A stretch of 44,088 bases of DNA from Bacteroidales bacterium (GTDB lineage: Bacteria; Bacteroidota; Bacteroidia; Bacteroidales; P3): assembly GCA_028709955.1 (NCBI GenBank), contig JAQUTD010000001.1:1-44088 (forward strand), in the 5' to 3' direction. The notes below the pieces were generated by a model. That model was not told where the DNA came from. It saw only the letters and a program-made list of their open reading frames with translations, and ran no database searches. Position 1 is the first letter of the stretch. Every line of letters begins with the position of its first letter. Positions 1 to 11,836 of this stretch are shown one piece after another. The position numbers and the translations under genes were made by a program.

Positions 1-333
1 CTATGCTTGTCCCATTGGATTCATTTGATATGGGATAGATTGCTCCGGCTCTGTTATTACACCGTTTTGTTGTTCGTATTTTTCAATGTTTTCTTTCAAA
101 GCATATAATAATCTTTTAGCATGCTGTGGTGACAGGATTGATCTTGAGCGAACTTGTGCTTTGGGAACACCTGGCATTACTTGGATAAAATCAACAATAA
201 ATTCTGTTGAAGAGTGTGTAATTAATTGAAGATTAGAATATATTCCAGGAGCTATTTCTGCTGGCAATTCAATATCCATTTTTTGTTCTTTATTGTTTTC
301 CATTTTTTTTAATATTTTGCCCCTATTAAACAT
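1..333 (-). CDS. DUF3467 domain-containing small protein (complete; stop at window edge; alternative start Met11 at 303)
   Basis: The ORF has a core of ...IAPGIYSNLQLITHSSTEFIVDFIQVMPGVPKAQVRSRSILSPQHAKRLL..., typical of the DUF3467 family. This family usually follows rpoC in Bacteroidota. It is co-oriented with rpoC and lies 49 bp downstream. Confidence 0.75.
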   Translation of the reverse strand: MFNRGKILKKMENNKEQKMDIELPAEIAPGIYSNLQLITHSSTEFIVDFIQVMPGVPKAQVRSRSILSPQHAKRLLYALKENIEKYEQQNGVITEPEQSIPYQMNPMGQA

Positions 334-382
334 TAATGATATTTCAATTAGTGTTTAATAAGGGCAATGATTTTAATATTAT

Positions 383-3300
383 TTATTCTTCTTTGGCTTT
401 ACGACCTCTTTTAGAAGGAGCATTTTGTGCTGCTAATTCTTCTAATTGTTGTTTATTTGCCACAAAAGCATTTCGGTATTCTTTCAATCCTGTTCCTGCA
501 GGAATTAAATGCCCTACTAAAACGTTTTCCTTTAATCCTAACAAGTCGTCTTGCTTTGCATTTATTGCTGCTTCTGTTAAAACTTTTGTTGTTTCTTGGA
601 ACGATGCCGCTGATAAATAACTCTTTGTTTGAAGTGAGGCTCTTGTAATCCCTTGAAGAATTTGACGTGCTGTTGCTGGTTTTGCATCTCGTGCAACTAT
701 TTGTGCCTTATCTTTTCTCTTTAGGGTTGAATTTTCATCTCTAAGTTTTCTTGCACTAATAATTTGTCCATTAACATAGTATTCACTATCTCCTTGGTCT
801 TCTACAACTTTCATTCCATAAATACTATCATTTATTTCATGGAAGTCAATCTTATTTGCAATTTCACCTTCTAAGAATGTTGTATCACCTGGGTCTTCAA
901 TTTCAACCTTACGCATCATCTGTCTTACAATAACTTCAAAATGCTTATCATTAATCTTAACTCCCTGTAGACGATATACTTCCTGAACTTCATTTACAAT
1001 GTATTCCTGAACACGCATAGGTCCTTTAATTGCAAGAATATCGGCTGGGGTTATTGCCCCTTCACAAAGTGGTGAACCAGCTTTTATATAGTCATTTTCT
1101 TGAGCAAGAATTTGTTTTGAAGTAGATACAAGATATGAACGGGTTTCTCCGGTTTTACTTGTGATTATAACTTCACGATTACCTCTCTTTAATTTCTTAC
1201 TTAATGAAACAACACCATCTATTTCTGCTACAACAGCTGGATCGGAAGGATTACGAGCTTCAAATAATTCAGTTACTCTTGGAAGTCCTCCTGTGATATC
1301 TCCTGCTTTTCCAAATGAACGAGGTATCTTAACTAGACTGTCTCCAGCATTAAGTTTTTGTCCATCTTCAACCATTATGTGAGCACCAACTGGAATATCA
1401 TATATTTTTAGTACTTCACCTGAAGAATTGAGGATCATTACAGCTGGATTTTTTGCTTTTTGGCGTGATTCTATAACCACCTTATCTTGCAATCCTGTTT
1501 GATCGTCAGATTCAACTCTAAATGTTACTCCTTCAATTATACTTTCATATGCAACCTTACCAGAAACTTCTGTTATAATAACTGCATTGTATGGATCCCA
1601 TTCTACAATTAAATCACCTTTTTTAACTTGTGATTTATTTTCATAATATAATTTTGCACCGTATGGAATATAACCTGAGGCTAATATTGAATCGGTGTTT
1701 GTGTCCATGATTCTAAATTCAGCAGAACGGCCAATTACAACTTGATATTTTTCTCTTCCAGCAGACTTTGCCTCAACTGAACGTAGTTCGTCAACAACAA
1801 ATTCGCCATCATATTTAGCAATTATTCTTGAGTTTGTTCCAATGTTACCACCGGCAACCCCCCCAACGTGGAATGTACGAAGAGTTAGCTGTGTACCTGG
1901 CTCTCCAATTGATTGAGCGGCGATAACTCCAACTGCTTCTCCTTTTTGAACTATTCTTCCATAAGCAAGATTACGTCCATAGCATTTTGCGCACACTCCA
2001 TGTTTAGATTCACAAGTAAGAACTGAACGAATTTCAACTTCTTCAATTGGGGATTCTTCAATCTTTTTACATATTTCTTCGGTAAGATCTTGTCCTGAAT
2101 ATGCTAATATCTCTCCTGTTTGAGGATGAATAACATCATGCAGAGTTACTCTACCTAAAATTCTATCATATAGGGTTTGAACTATTTCCTCATTTTTCTT
2201 AAGTGCAAAAGTAGGAATTCCTCTTAATGTTCCACAATCTTCATCAGATATAATAACATCTTGAGCAACATCAACCAAACGACGAGTTAAATATCCTGCA
2301 TCTGCAGTTTTAAGAGCAGTATCGGCAAGACCTTTACGAGCTCCGTGAGTTGAAATAAAGTATTCTAAAACTGACAATCCTTCTTTAAAATTCGAAATAA
2401 TTGGATTTTCAATAATTTCTGCTCCAGTTGCTCCAGACTTTTGAGGTTTAGCCATAAGACCACGCATACCCGATAGCTGACGTATTTGTTCCTTGGAACC
2501 TCTAGCTCCAGAATCTAACATCATATAAACAGGATTGAAACCTTGTCTGTCACTTGCAACTTGTTTCATAACAATATTTGTTAAATCCCTATTGGTATTT
2601 GTCCAAACATCAATAATTTGATTATATCTTTCGTTGTTGGTTATAAGTCCCATTTGATAGTTGGATACAACATCAATAACTTCCTGATTTGCTTTATTAA
2701 TAAGAATAGCTTTTTCCTCTGGGATAATTACATCCCCTAAGTTAAATGATAAGCCTCCTTTGAAAGCCATTATATATCCTAAGCTTTTTATATCATCAAG
2801 AAATTTTGCAGTTTTTGCTGTTCCACAAACTTTCAAAATATCACCTATAATATCTCTTAGAATTGTTTTCTTAAGCACTTGATTTATGTATCCGAATTCC
2901 ACAGGAACAACCATATTAAATAAAACTCTACCAACTGTTGTTTCTACCCTTTCAACCTTTGATTCTCCATTATAAATAAATGATCTTCTTAATTTAATAT
3001 TAGCATGTAAATCAATTGCTCCTTCATTATATGCAATTTGAACTTCTTCAGGGGAATAAAACAATTTTCCTTCTCCCTTAACTTTTCTTTCTGCATCTGA
3101 TAACCTGCCTTTTGTCATATAGTAAAGCCCAAGAACCATATCTTGAGATGGAACAGTAATTGGGGCTCCATTAGCAGGGTTAAGGATATTATGTGAAGCA
3201 AGCATTAAAATTTGAGCTTCGAGAATTGCAGCATTTCCGAGTGGTACGTGAACAGCCATTTGGTCTCCGTCAAAGTCGGCATTGAATGCAGAACATACAA

Positions 3301-4696
3301 GAGGATGAAGACGAATTGCTTTCCCTTCAACTAAACGTGGTTGAAAAGCTTGGATACCTAAACGGTGAAGAGTTGGAGCACGGTTTAAAAGTACTGGATG
3401 TCCTTTTAAAATATTTTCAAGAATCTCCCATACTACAGGATCTCTTCTGTCAACAATTTTTTTAGCTGATTTTACAGTTTTAACAATCCCTCTTTCAAGC
3501 ATTTTACGAATAATAAAAGGCTTGAATAGCTCTGAGGCCATATCTTTAGGCAAACCACATTCATGAAGTTGTAAATCTGGACCAACAACAATAACGGAAC
3601 GACCAGAATAGTCAACTCGTTTACCTAATAAGTTTTGACGGAAACGTCCTTGTTTCCCTTTTAAACTATCGGATAATGATTTTAAAGCTCTATTAGATTC
3701 AGATTTTACTGAACTTACTTTTCGAGAATTATCAAACAAAGAATCTACAGCTTCTTGTAACATACGTTTTTCATTTCGCATTATTACATCTGGAGCCTTA
3801 ATCTCAATTAATCTTTTTAAACGATTATTTCTAATAATTACTCGTCTATATAAGTCATTTAAATCAGAAGTTGCAAATCGTCCTCCATCAAGTGGAACCA
3901 AAGGTCGCAATTCAGGTGGGATAACTGGTACTACTTGAACAATCATCCATTCAGGACGATTTTCAATCCTGTTTCTTGAATCACGAAATGCTTCAACAAC
4001 ATTTAAACGTTTTAAAGCTTCTTGCTTTCTTTGTTGAGAAGTTTCTCTATTAGCTGTATGTCTTAAATCGTATGATAATTTGTCTAAGTCTAATCCTTTT
4101 AAAAGTACAATTAATGCTTCTGCACCCATTCTTGCTATAAACTTATTTGGATCGTCATCATCTAATAGTTGATTTTCTGATGGGATTGAATCTAGACATT
4201 CAAAATATTGAGTTTCATCTAAAAGAACTCCAATTTTTATATCATCTTTTTCTAAAATACCTTGATTAATTACAATGTATTTTTCGTAATATATTACTTG
4301 TTCTAATTCTTTTGTTTTTAATCCAAGTAATGAACCAATTTTGTTTGGTAAAGAACGGAAAAACCATATGTGAGCTACAGGAACAACTAATTGAATATGT
4401 CCCATTCTTTCTCTTCTTACTTTTTTCTCAGTTACTTCAACACCACAGCGGTCACAAACAATTCCTTTGTATCGGATTCTTTTATATTTACCACAATGAC
4501 ATTCCCAATCTTTTATAGGTCCAAATATCCTTTCACAGAATAAACCATCTCGTTCAGGTTTATATGTTCTGTAATTTATGGTTTCAGGTTTCAGTACTTC
4601 TCCTCTTGAGCGTTCAAGAATTGACTCTGGAGACGCAAGACTGACGGTTATTGAATTAAAATTACTATTTATTAAGTTTTCTTTTTTTATTGCCAT
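383..4696 (-). CDS. rpoC: DNA-directed RNA polymerase subunit beta'
   Basis: The 1437-aa ORF carries the zinc motif [23 protein letters not shown] and the catalytic NADFDGD motif. Its size is typical for Bacteroidota and it directly follows rpoB. Confidence 0.98.
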   Translation of the reverse strand: MAIKKENLINSNFNSITVSLASPESILERSRGEVLKPETINYRTYKPERDGLFCERIFGPIKDWECHCGKYKRIRYKGIVCDRCGVEVTEKKVRRERMGHIQLVVPVAHIWFFRSLPNKIGSLLGLKTKELEQVIYYEKYIVINQGILEKDDIKIGVLLDETQYFECLDSIPSENQLLDDDDPNKFIARMGAEALIVLLKGLDLDKLSYDLRHTANRETSQQRKQEALKRLNVVEAFRDSRNRIENRPEWMIVQVVPVIPPELRPLVPLDGGRFATSDLNDLYRRVIIRNNRLKRLIEIKAPDVIMRNEKRMLQEAVDSLFDNSRKVSSVKSESNRALKSLSDSLKGKQGRFRQNLLGKRVDYSGRSVIVVGPDLQLHECGLPKDMASELFKPFIIRKMLERGIVKTVKSAKKIVDRRDPVVWEILENILKGHPVLLNRAPTLHRLGIQAFQPRLVEGKAIRLHPLVCSAFNADFDGDQMAVHVPLGNAAILEAQILMLASHNILNPANGAPITVPSQDMVLGLYYMTKGRLSDAERKVKGEGKLFYSPEEVQIAYNEGAIDLHANIKLRRSFIYNGESKVERVETTVGRVLFNMVVPVEFGYINQVLKKTILRDIIGDILKVCGTAKTAKFLDDIKSLGYIMAFKGGLSFNLGDVIIPEEKAILINKANQEVIDVVSNYQMGLITNNERYNQIIDVWTNTNRDLTNIVMKQVASDRQGFNPVYMMLDSGARGSKEQIRQLSGMRGLMAKPQKSGATGAEIIENPIISNFKEGLSVLEYFISTHGARKGLADTALKTADAGYLTRRLVDVAQDVIISDEDCGTLRGIPTFALKKNEEIVQTLYDRILGRVTLHDVIHPQTGEILAYSGQDLTEEICKKIEESPIEEVEIRSVLTCESKHGVCAKCYGRNLAYGRIVQKGEAVGVIAAQSIGEPGTQLTLRTFHVGGVAGGNIGTNSRIIAKYDGEFVVDELRSVEAKSAGREKYQVVIGRSAEFRIMDTNTDSILASGYIPYGAKLYYENKSQVKKGDLIVEWDPYNAVIITEVSGKVAYESIIEGVTFRVESDDQTGLQDKVVIESRQKAKNPAVMILNSSGEVLKIYDIPVGAHIMVEDGQKLNAGDSLVKIPRSFGKAGDITGGLPRVTELFEARNPSDPAVVAEIDGVVSLSKKLKRGNREVIITSKTGETRSYLVSTSKQILAQENDYIKAGSPLCEGAITPADILAIKGPMRVQEYIVNEVQEVYRLQGVKINDKHFEVIVRQMMRKVEIEDPGDTTFLEGEIANKIDFHEINDSIYGMKVVEDQGDSEYYVNGQIISARKLRDENSTLKRKDKAQIVARDAKPATARQILQGITRASLQTKSYLSAASFQETTKVLTEAAINAKQDDLLGLKENVLVGHLIPAGTGLKEYRNAFVANKQQLEELAAQNAPSKRGRKAKEE

Positions 4697-4739
4697 GATA
4701 TTTAATGCTAATTGATTTGTTTATTGAACTACTTATTAA

Positions 4740-7700
4740 TTAGATATTCTCATTATTGTCAAATGTAATTTCTAATCCTAACCCTCTTAGTTCATGTATT
4801 AAGACATTAAATGATTCTGGAATACCAGGTGTTGGCATATTGTCGCCTTTAACAATTGCTTCATAAGCCTTAGCACGTCCAACAACATCATCTGATTTAA
4901 CTGTTAAAATCTCTTGAAGTATGTTTGATGCTCCGAATGCCTCTAAAGCCCAAACTTCCATTTCTCCAAAACGTTGACCCCCAAATTGAGCCTTACCTCC
5001 TAATGGTTGTTGTGTTATTAATGAATATGGCCCTATTGAACGAGCATGCATTTTATCATCAATCATATGGTGAAGTTTAAGCATATAAATATAACCTACC
5101 GTTGCAGCTTGATCAAATTTTTGACCAGTTTCACCATCATACAAATAACATTTTCCATTTTCAGGCAATCCTGCTTTTTTCATATAATCGTTAACTTGAT
5201 CTAAAGTTGCTCCATCAAAAATTGGTGTTTGGAATGTCATACCTAATTCTTTTCCTGCCCATCCTAAAACTGTTTCAAATATCTGTCCTAGGTTCATACG
5301 AGAAGGTACTCCAAGTGGATTAAGAACAATATCAACTGGCTTTCCATTTTCCAAGAAAGGCATATCTTCCTCACGAACAATCTTTGCAACAATACCTTTG
5401 TTACCATGTCGACCAGCCATTTTATCACCAACTTTTAATTTTCGTTTTTTGGCAATATAAATCTTAGCCATTTGAATTATTCCTGCTGGTAAATCATCTC
5501 CTATTGAAGTAACAAACTGTTTTCTAGCATAAGATCCTTGAATCTCTCTAGAACGAATATTGTAATTATTCAACAATTCTTTTATTAAAGAGTTTGTTTC
5601 TTTATCAGATGTCCACTTATTAGGATTTACGTTATTATAGTCAATAGCTAAAAGCATTTTCTGATTAAACTTGGTTTTCTTTGGAATCAACTCTTCATTG
5701 AATGTTGAATAAACACCCTGAGAAATCTTTCCTGCCAATATAACTATTAATTTATCAACTAATTTATTCTTTAGATCGAAAAGCTCTTTGTCATTTTGAT
5801 CTTTTAAATCTTTGATAATATCTTTGTCCTTTACTCTTGACTTTTTGTCTTTGTGTATTCTTGTAAATAATTTTTTATCAATTACAACTCCACTAATTGA
5901 AGGCGGAACTTTCATTGAAGCATCTTTAACGTCTCCTGCTTTGTCTCCAAAAATTGCTCTAAGCAATTTTTCTTCAGGAGTTGGATCAGATTCCCCTTTA
6001 GGAGTAATTTTACCAACAAGAATATCTCCTTCTTTTACAAAAGCTCCAATTCTAACCATGCCTTTTTCATCAAGGTCTTTTGTTGCTTCAAGACTAACAT
6101 TTGGGATATCCTTTGTTAGCTCTTCTAAACCTCGTTTTGTTTCTCTAACTTCTGTAATAAATTCTTCAACATGAACAGAGGTAAATAAATCTTGCTTAAC
6201 AACTTTTTCAGATATTACAATAGCATCTTCATAATTATATCCTTTCCATGGCATAAATGCTACTTGAAGGTTACGGCCTAAAGCTAAAACTCCATCTTTA
6301 GTTCCATATCCTTCAGAAAGAACCTGGTCTTTTTTAACTTTATCACCTTTCTTGCATATTGGGCGGAGGTTAATTGAAGTGCTTTGATTTGTTCTTTGGA
6401 ATTTTGTAAAATAATATGTTTTGGTGTCGTCATCAAAACTAACCTTTCTTTCTTTTTCATCTCTAGCATATCGAATAGTGATTTTTTCAGCATCAACATA
6501 TTCAACAACACCATCTCCTTCGGCAATAAGCAATACTCTGGAATCCTGAGCTACATGAGGTTCTATTCCTGTCCCAACAATTGGGATTTCCGGATTCAAT
6601 AAAGGAACTGCTTGACGCATCATATTAGATCCCATTAAAGCACGGTTAGCATCATCATGTTCCAAGAAAGGAATTAGAGATGCAGCAATTGAGGCAATTT
6701 GATTTGAGGCAACGTCCATCAAATCAACTTCTTCAGCAGTTACAATTGGGAAGTCTGCCATCTTTCGTGTTTTAATCCTTTGCTCAACAAATTTTCCTTC
6801 TTTGGAAAGTGAAGTAGTTGCTTGTGCTACAATTTTATCTTCTTCTTCTTCAGCACTTAGATATATTGGTGGTTCTTCATTTAGCACCCTACAGTTTTCT
6901 ACTTTATAGTATGGGGTTTCAATGAATCCTAAATTATTTATTTTAGCAAACACACATAGTGAAGAAATCAAACCAATATTTGGGCCTTCAGGTGTTTCTA
7001 TAGTACATAATCTACCGTAATGAGTATAGTGAACATCTCGCACTTCAAATCCTGCACGCTCTCTTGATAGTCCACCAGGTCCTAATGCAGAAATACGTCT
7101 TTTGTGAGTAAGTTCAGCTAAAGGATTAGTTTGATCCATAAATTGAGATAATTGATTTGTCCCAAAGAATGAATTAATAACTGAAGATAATGTTTTTGCA
7201 TTTATAAGATCTGTTGGTGTAAAAACTTCATTATCCCTAACGTTCATTCTCTCTCTAATTGTTCTAGCCATACGAGCCAAACCAACACCAAATTGAGAAT
7301 ATAATTGTTCACCAACTGTTCTAATTCTTCTGTTACTTAAGTGGTCAATATCATCCACATCAGTTTTTGAATTTATCAATTCAATTAAATATTTTATAAT
7401 TGAAATAATATCTTCTTGAGTCAAAACCTTAATATCACTTGAAACTTTAAGATTTAGTTTAGTGTTAATTCTGTAACGACCAACATCCCCCAAATCGTAA
7501 CGTTTGTCAGAAAAGAATAGTTTTTCAATAATTCCCCTAGCTGTTTCTTCATCAGGTGGTTCAGCACTTCTTAATTGTCTGTATATATATTCAACAGCTT
7601 CCTTGGCATTGTTTGCTGTATCTTTTTGAAGTGTATTAAAAATAATTGAATAGTCGCTTGATGATGAATCTTCAGTATGTAATAATATAGTTTGAACACC

Positions 7701-8558
7701 TGATTGTAATATTTCTTCAATGTGTTCTTCAGTTAACTCAACCTCTCTATCAATAATAACCTCAGTACGCTCAATTGAAACAACTTCACCTGTATCTTCA
7801 TCCACAAAATCTTCAATCCATGAACGTACAACTCTTGCTGCTAACCTTTTTCCTATTATCTTTTTAAGATTTGTTTTGGTTACTTTTATTTCTTCAGCAA
7901 GATTAAATATCTCTAATATATCTTTATCTGTTTCATATCCTATAGCCCTTAATAAAGTTGTTATAGGTAATTTTTTCTTTCTATCAATATAAGCATACAT
8001 GACATTATTAATGTCTGTTGTAAATTCCATCCAAGAGCCTTTAAATGGAATAATTCGAGCTGAGTATAGTTGCATGCCATTTGCATGATTACTTGTTCCA
8101 AAGAAAACTCCTGGGGAACGATGTAATTGCGATACTACAACTCTTTCTGCTCCATTAACAACAAATGTCCCTTTTGGTGTCATATATGGAATCATTCCCA
8201 GATATACATCTTGAATGATAGTCTCAAAATCTTCATGTTCTGGATCGGTACAGAACAATTTTAATTTAGCTTTTAAAGGAACGCTAAAAGTTAGGCCTCT
8301 CTCTAAACATTCATGAATTGAATATCTAGGAGGGTCTATAAAATAATCGAGAAATTCTAAAACGAAGTTATTTCTCGCATCTGAAATAGGAAAATTTTCT
8401 GAAAAAACTTTATATAAGCCTTCATTAACTCTATTTTCAGAGTTTGTTTCAAGTTGAAAAAAATCTTGAAATGCTTTTAATTGAATATCCAAGAAATCAG
8501 GATAATCAAATTGTTTTACTGACGCAAAACTTACTATGTTGGATTTATTGTGTGCCAA
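4740..8558 (-). CDS. rpoB: DNA-directed RNA polymerase subunit beta (apparent TTG start; no in-frame ATG near the N-terminus)
   Basis: The 1272-aa ORF contains conserved blocks such as [37 protein letters not shown] and [12 protein letters not shown]. The codon at 8556-8558 reads TTG on the minus strand. Confidence 0.98.
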   Translation of the reverse strand: MAHNKSNIVSFASVKQFDYPDFLDIQLKAFQDFFQLETNSENRVNEGLYKVFSENFPISDARNNFVLEFLDYFIDPPRYSIHECLERGLTFSVPLKAKLKLFCTDPEHEDFETIIQDVYLGMIPYMTPKGTFVVNGAERVVVSQLHRSPGVFFGTSNHANGMQLYSARIIPFKGSWMEFTTDINNVMYAYIDRKKKLPITTLLRAIGYETDKDILEIFNLAEEIKVTKTNLKKIIGKRLAARVVRSWIEDFVDEDTGEVVSIERTEVIIDREVELTEEHIEEILQSGVQTILLHTEDSSSSDYSIIFNTLQKDTANNAKEAVEYIYRQLRSAEPPDEETARGIIEKLFFSDKRYDLGDVGRYRINTKLNLKVSSDIKVLTQEDIISIIKYLIELINSKTDVDDIDHLSNRRIRTVGEQLYSQFGVGLARMARTIRERMNVRDNEVFTPTDLINAKTLSSVINSFFGTNQLSQFMDQTNPLAELTHKRRISALGPGGLSRERAGFEVRDVHYTHYGRLCTIETPEGPNIGLISSLCVFAKINNLGFIETPYYKVENCRVLNEEPPIYLSAEEEEDKIVAQATTSLSKEGKFVEQRIKTRKMADFPIVTAEEVDLMDVASNQIASIAASLIPFLEHDDANRALMGSNMMRQAVPLLNPEIPIVGTGIEPHVAQDSRVLLIAEGDGVVEYVDAEKITIRYARDEKERKVSFDDDTKTYYFTKFQRTNQSTSINLRPICKKGDKVKKDQVLSEGYGTKDGVLALGRNLQVAFMPWKGYNYEDAIVISEKVVKQDLFTSVHVEEFITEVRETKRGLEELTKDIPNVSLEATKDLDEKGMVRIGAFVKEGDILVGKITPKGESDPTPEEKLLRAIFGDKAGDVKDASMKVPPSISGVVIDKKLFTRIHKDKKSRVKDKDIIKDLKDQNDKELFDLKNKLVDKLIVILAGKISQGVYSTFNEELIPKKTKFNQKMLLAIDYNNVNPNKWTSDKETNSLIKELLNNYNIRSREIQGSYARKQFVTSIGDDLPAGIIQMAKIYIAKKRKLKVGDKMAGRHGNKGIVAKIVREEDMPFLENGKPVDIVLNPLGVPSRMNLGQIFETVLGWAGKELGMTFQTPIFDGATLDQVNDYMKKAGLPENGKCYLYDGETGQKFDQAATVGYIYMLKLHHMIDDKMHARSIGPYSLITQQPLGGKAQFGGQRFGEMEVWALEAFGASNILQEILTVKSDDVVGRAKAYEAIVKGDNMPTPGIPESFNVLIHELRGLGLEITFDNNENI

Positions 8559-8607
8559 GGTTTAAAAATTAATTAGTAAAAAAATAAGATTTATACAAAC
8601 ACAAACA

Positions 8608-8644
8608 AGGAATAGGTATTCCAATGAAAGAATACCATATTCCT
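8608..8644 (-). terminator. rplL-rpoB intergenic hairpin (candidate attenuator/partial terminator)
   Basis: The arms aggaataggtattc and gaataccatattcct form a ~14-bp stem with one bulge. On the minus strand a T-rich tract (tgtttgtgtttg) follows. Its position matches the known rplL-rpoB attenuator of other bacteria. Confidence 0.4.
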
Positions 8645-8668
8645 ATAAAAATTTTGTTGTGAAATGTC

Positions 8669-9043
8669 TTATTTTATTTCAACTTTAGCACCAGCTTCTT
8701 CTAATTGAGCTTTTAATGCTTCAGCTTCATCTTTAGAAACTCCTTCTTTCAACGGCTTTGGAGCAGCATCAACAAGTTCTTTTGCTTCTTTTAATCCAAG
8801 ACTACAAAGATCTTTAACTAACTTAACTACATTTAATTTTGATGCACCTGCTTCAATAAGCATAACATCAAATGAAGTTTGTTCTTCAGCTACCTCAGCA
8901 GTTGCTGCTGCTGGTCCTGCTACAGCAACTGCTGCTGCTGCTGGTTCAATACCATATTCTTCTTTTAAAATATCAGCTAATTCTTTTACTTCTTTAACTG
9001 TTAGATTAACTAATTGTTCTGCAAACGTTTTTAAATCTGCCAT
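8669..9043 (-). CDS. rplL: 50S ribosomal protein L7/L12
   Basis: The 124-aa ORF has an Ala-rich hinge ([13 protein letters not shown]). Its C-terminal domain reads [24 protein letters not shown]...AKVEIK. Confidence 0.97.
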   Translation of the reverse strand: MADLKTFAEQLVNLTVKEVKELADILKEEYGIEPAAAAVAVAGPAAATAEVAEEQTSFDVMLIEAGASKLNVVKLVKDLCSLGLKEAKELVDAAPKPLKEGVSKDEAEALKAQLEEAGAKVEIK

Positions 9044-9078
9044 TTTATTTTTGTTTATTAAATGTTTAACAATATTTA

Positions 9079-9600
9079 TTATTCAGCTTTTTCCGATAAT
9101 GTTTTTAATACGCCTGATAATGTATTACCACCAGACTGCAATGCTCCGATTACATTCTTTGCAGGAGATTCTAATGCTGCAATTATATCAGCAATAAGTT
9201 CCTTCTTAGATTTTATATTTATTAATATATCTAAGTTAGTGTCTCCAAGATAGAATGCTTCTTCAACATACGCAGCTTTTAATAATGGTTTTGGAGATGA
9301 TCCTCTAAAATCTTTTATCAATTTTGCTGGTCCATTATTGACGTTTGAAAGCATGATCGAAGTTGAACCATTAAGAGCTGGAAATATTTCTGAATAATCT
9401 ATTCCAGATTTTTCCATCGCCTTTCTAAGCAATGTATTCTTAACTGTCAAAAGTTTAATCTCTCTACGGAAGCAAAGTCTCCTAAGTTTAGATGTATCAA
9501 CAGAATTTAATCCTGCAATATCAACTAAATATACGTAAGGATAATTTGACAACTCAACTCCAATAGATTCGATTATCTGTCCTTTATCTTCTTTTATCAT
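9079..9600 (-). CDS. rplJ: 50S ribosomal protein L10
   Basis: This 173-aa ORF sits between rplA and rplL in the conserved operon order and has an L10-like sequence ([20 protein letters not shown]). Confidence 0.93.
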   Translation of the reverse strand: MIKEDKGQIIESIGVELSNYPYVYLVDIAGLNSVDTSKLRRLCFRREIKLLTVKNTLLRKAMEKSGIDYSEIFPALNGSTSIMLSNVNNGPAKLIKDFRGSSPKPLLKAAYVEEAFYLGDTNLDILINIKSKKELIADIIAALESPAKNVIGALQSGGNTLSGVLKTLSEKAE

Positions 9601-9625
9601 ATTTCAAAAGTTTACAAGTGAAGAT

Positions 9626-10321
9626 TTATTTACTTATGGATTTTGGGTCAATTTGAACACCAGGACTCATTGTTGAAGAAATTGTTACACTCTTAACATA
9701 TGTACCTTTTGCTGCAGTTGGTTTAAGTTTTAAAATAGTTGCTAATACTTCTTTTGCATTATCACATATTTTTTCACTTTCAAACGATACTCTAGCAACT
9801 CCAGTATGGATAATACCATACTTGTCCACTTTGAAATCTATTTTACCGGCTTTAACTTCTTGGACTGCTTTTCCTACATCCATTGTAACTGTACCTGTCT
9901 TTGGATTAGGCATTAAACCACGAGGGCCTAATATTTTTCCTAATACTCCAATTTTAGGCATTACACTTGGCATTGTAATTATTACATCGACATCCGTCCA
10001 ACCGCCTTTAATTTTATCAAGATATTCATCTAATCCAAAATAATCAGCTCCGGCTGCCTTAGCTTCTTCTTCCTTATCAGGAGTACAAATAACTAATACT
10101 CTTTTGGTTTTACCAGTTCCGTGTGGCAAAGTTACAATACCTCTTACCATTTGATTTGCTTTACGAGGATCTACTCCTAAGCGTACATCAATATCAACTG
10201 ACGCATCAAATTTAGTATATGTAATTTCCTTCACAATAGAGACAGCTTCTTCGAGAGAGTATTGCTTAGTTAAATCGTGTTTAGCTAAAGCTTCTTTTTG
10301 TTTTTTCGATTGTTTTGCCAT
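9626..10321 (-). CDS. rplA: 50S ribosomal protein L1
   Basis: The 231-aa ORF contains the motifs [19 protein letters not shown] and [16 protein letters not shown]. Confidence 0.97.
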   Translation of the reverse strand: MAKQSKKQKEALAKHDLTKQYSLEEAVSIVKEITYTKFDASVDIDVRLGVDPRKANQMVRGIVTLPHGTGKTKRVLVICTPDKEEEAKAAGADYFGLDEYLDKIKGGWTDVDVIITMPSVMPKIGVLGKILGPRGLMPNPKTGTVTMDVGKAVQEVKAGKIDFKVDKYGIIHTGVARVSFESEKICDNAKEVLATILKLKPTAAKGTYVKSVTISSTMSPGVQIDPKSISK

Positions 10322-10358
10322 TTTTTTTGCGAAAATTCTAATTAATACTTGTTAAAGA

Positions 10359-10784
10359 TTATTCTTTAACAGTGATACCCATACTTCTTGCTGTTCCTGA
10401 AACAATTGAGATAGCAGAATCTAAGGTAAAGCAATTTAAATCAACCATTTTTGCTTCAGCTATAGTTCGTACTTGTTCAATTGATATAGAAGCAACTTTT
10501 ACTCTATTAGGTTCAGCTGAACCACTTTTAAGTTTAGTTACTTCTTTTAATTGTACAGCAACAGGTGGTGTTTTAATTACAAAATCAAAAGATTTATCGG
10601 CGTAAACAGTTATTATAACAGGTACAATTTTACCTGCTTGTTCTTGAGTACGAGCGTTAAACTGTTTGCAAAACTCCATTATATTAACACCCTTAGCACC
10701 TAATGCAGGTCCTACTGGTGGAGATGGATTTGCGGCAGCTCCTTTAATTTGTAATTTTATTAATCCTGCAACTTCTTTTGCCAT
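10359..10784 (-). CDS. rplK: 50S ribosomal protein L11
   Basis: The 141-aa ORF has the N-terminal signature [34 protein letters not shown]. Confidence 0.97.
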   Translation of the reverse strand: MAKEVAGLIKLQIKGAAANPSPPVGPALGAKGVNIMEFCKQFNARTQEQAGKIVPVIITVYADKSFDFVIKTPPVAVQLKEVTKLKSGSAEPNRVKVASISIEQVRTIAEAKMVDLNCFTLDSAISIVSGTARSMGITVKE

Positions 10785-10827
10785 TTTGTGACTGTGCTAA
10801 TAGATTATTAAAAAAAATTAATTTTAA

Positions 10828-11373
10828 TTATTCTTTTTCAACTTGAATGAAAGAAAGTTCAACAGGAGTTTTACGACCAAAAATTTTAACCGTAACTTTC
10901 AATTTCTTTTTTTCATCGTTAATTTCTTCAATTGTACCAGAGAAATTACTAAAAGGCCCATCAACAATTTTTACAGACTCGCCAATAATAAATGGATCTG
11001 TTAATTCTTCATTTTGACCTGATAATTCATCAACTTGACCAAGAATACGTTTAACCTCGCTCTCTTGAATGGGAACAGGATTACCGTTTTTCTCGGAAAG
11101 AAAATTTATTACATTAGGAATACTCTTAACAATATGAGCAATTTCACCAACTAAGTTCGCCTCTATCAACACATAACCAGGATATAAATTTCTATCTTTA
11201 GAAACTCTTTTCCCATTACGTACTGAATAAACTTTCTCAACTGGTATTAATACTTGAGAAACGTATTCTTGTAAACCAAGTCTGGAAATTTCATTATCAA
11301 TATACTCCTTAGCTTTTTTTTCCTTTCCAGCTATCGCTCTCAAAACATACCATTTCTTAGATTGTTCACTCAT
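10828..11373 (-). CDS. nusG: Transcription termination/antitermination factor NusG
   Basis: The 181-aa ORF has an NGN start ([15 protein letters not shown]) and a C-terminal KOW region ([21 protein letters not shown]). It occupies the conserved secE-nusG-rplK position. Confidence 0.95.
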   Translation of the reverse strand: MSEQSKKWYVLRAIAGKEKKAKEYIDNEISRLGLQEYVSQVLIPVEKVYSVRNGKRVSKDRNLYPGYVLIEANLVGEIAHIVKSIPNVINFLSEKNGNPVPIQESEVKRILGQVDELSGQNEELTDPFIIGESVKIVDGPFSNFSGTIEEINDEKKKLKVTVKIFGRKTPVELSFIQVEKE

Positions 11374-11404
11374 AATCTGAAATTAATTGAAATCTAATAA
11401 TTAT

Positions 11405-11412
11405 CAAAAATA
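11405..11412 (-). promoter_or_regulatory. Bacteroidota -7 box TAnnTTTG (TATTTTTG) upstream of nusG
   Basis: The plus-strand sequence caaaaata lies about 32 bp upstream of the nusG ATG. Confidence 0.4.
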
Positions 11413-11490
11413 AACATTTAATTGCCCTTTATATATCTCTTTGACATTTGTCGGAGGGAAGCAAGATATATAAAATATGCAATAAGGGGA

Positions 11491-11712
11491 TTAACCCATC
11501 ATGCTATATAAGTAACCAAGTAAGCCCTTCCAAAGCAAAGTTGGATGTACTCCAAATGAAATATCCATAATAAAAATTATTAGGGCTATAATAAGTGAAG
11601 CAACGAATACTACTATCGTACTATTTTGCAACTCTGACATTGTTGGCCACGATACCTTATGCATAAGTTCATCGTAGCTGTCTTTAACGTAATTAATTAT
11701 CTTAGACATCAA
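11491..11712 (-). CDS. secE: Preprotein translocase subunit SecE
   Basis: The 73-aa ORF has a single TM helix (TIVVFVASLIIALIIFIMD) after the motif ELMHKVSWPT. It lies between tRNA-Trp and nusG, as in most bacteria. Confidence 0.85.
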   Translation of the reverse strand: MMSKIINYVKDSYDELMHKVSWPTMSELQNSTIVVFVASLIIALIIFIMDISFGVHPTLLWKGLLGYLYSMMG

Positions 11713-11729
11713 TATTTATTTTTATTTAG

Positions 11730-11800
11730 CAGGGGCAGAGAGATTCGAACTCCCATCAACGGTTTTGGAGACCGCTATTCTGCCATTGAACTATGCCCCT
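11730..11800 (-). tRNA. tRNA-Trp (anticodon CCA)
   Basis: The reverse complement is AGGGGCATAGTTCAATGGCAGAATAGCGGTCTCCAAAACCGTTGATGGGAGTTCGAATCTCTCTGCCCCTG. It has a 7-bp acceptor stem, a CU-CCA-AA anticodon loop and a GTTCGAATC T-loop. Confidence 0.93.
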
Positions 11801-11836
11801 AGAATAGTGGAAATAATCTTTCCACTATAATATTAT

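Noticed and set aside
336-8000. Plus-strand ORFs inside rpoC/rpoB (336..620, 427..648, 1161..1382, 4312..4518, 5812..6174, 6384..6602, 7720..7992) and the minus-strand out-of-frame ORF 6284..6526
   Set aside because: These are shadow ORFs antisense to, or out of frame with, unambiguous RNAP genes. Their sequences are low-complexity and rich in Ser, Leu, Ile and Phe, as is typical of antisense frames in AT-rich DNA.
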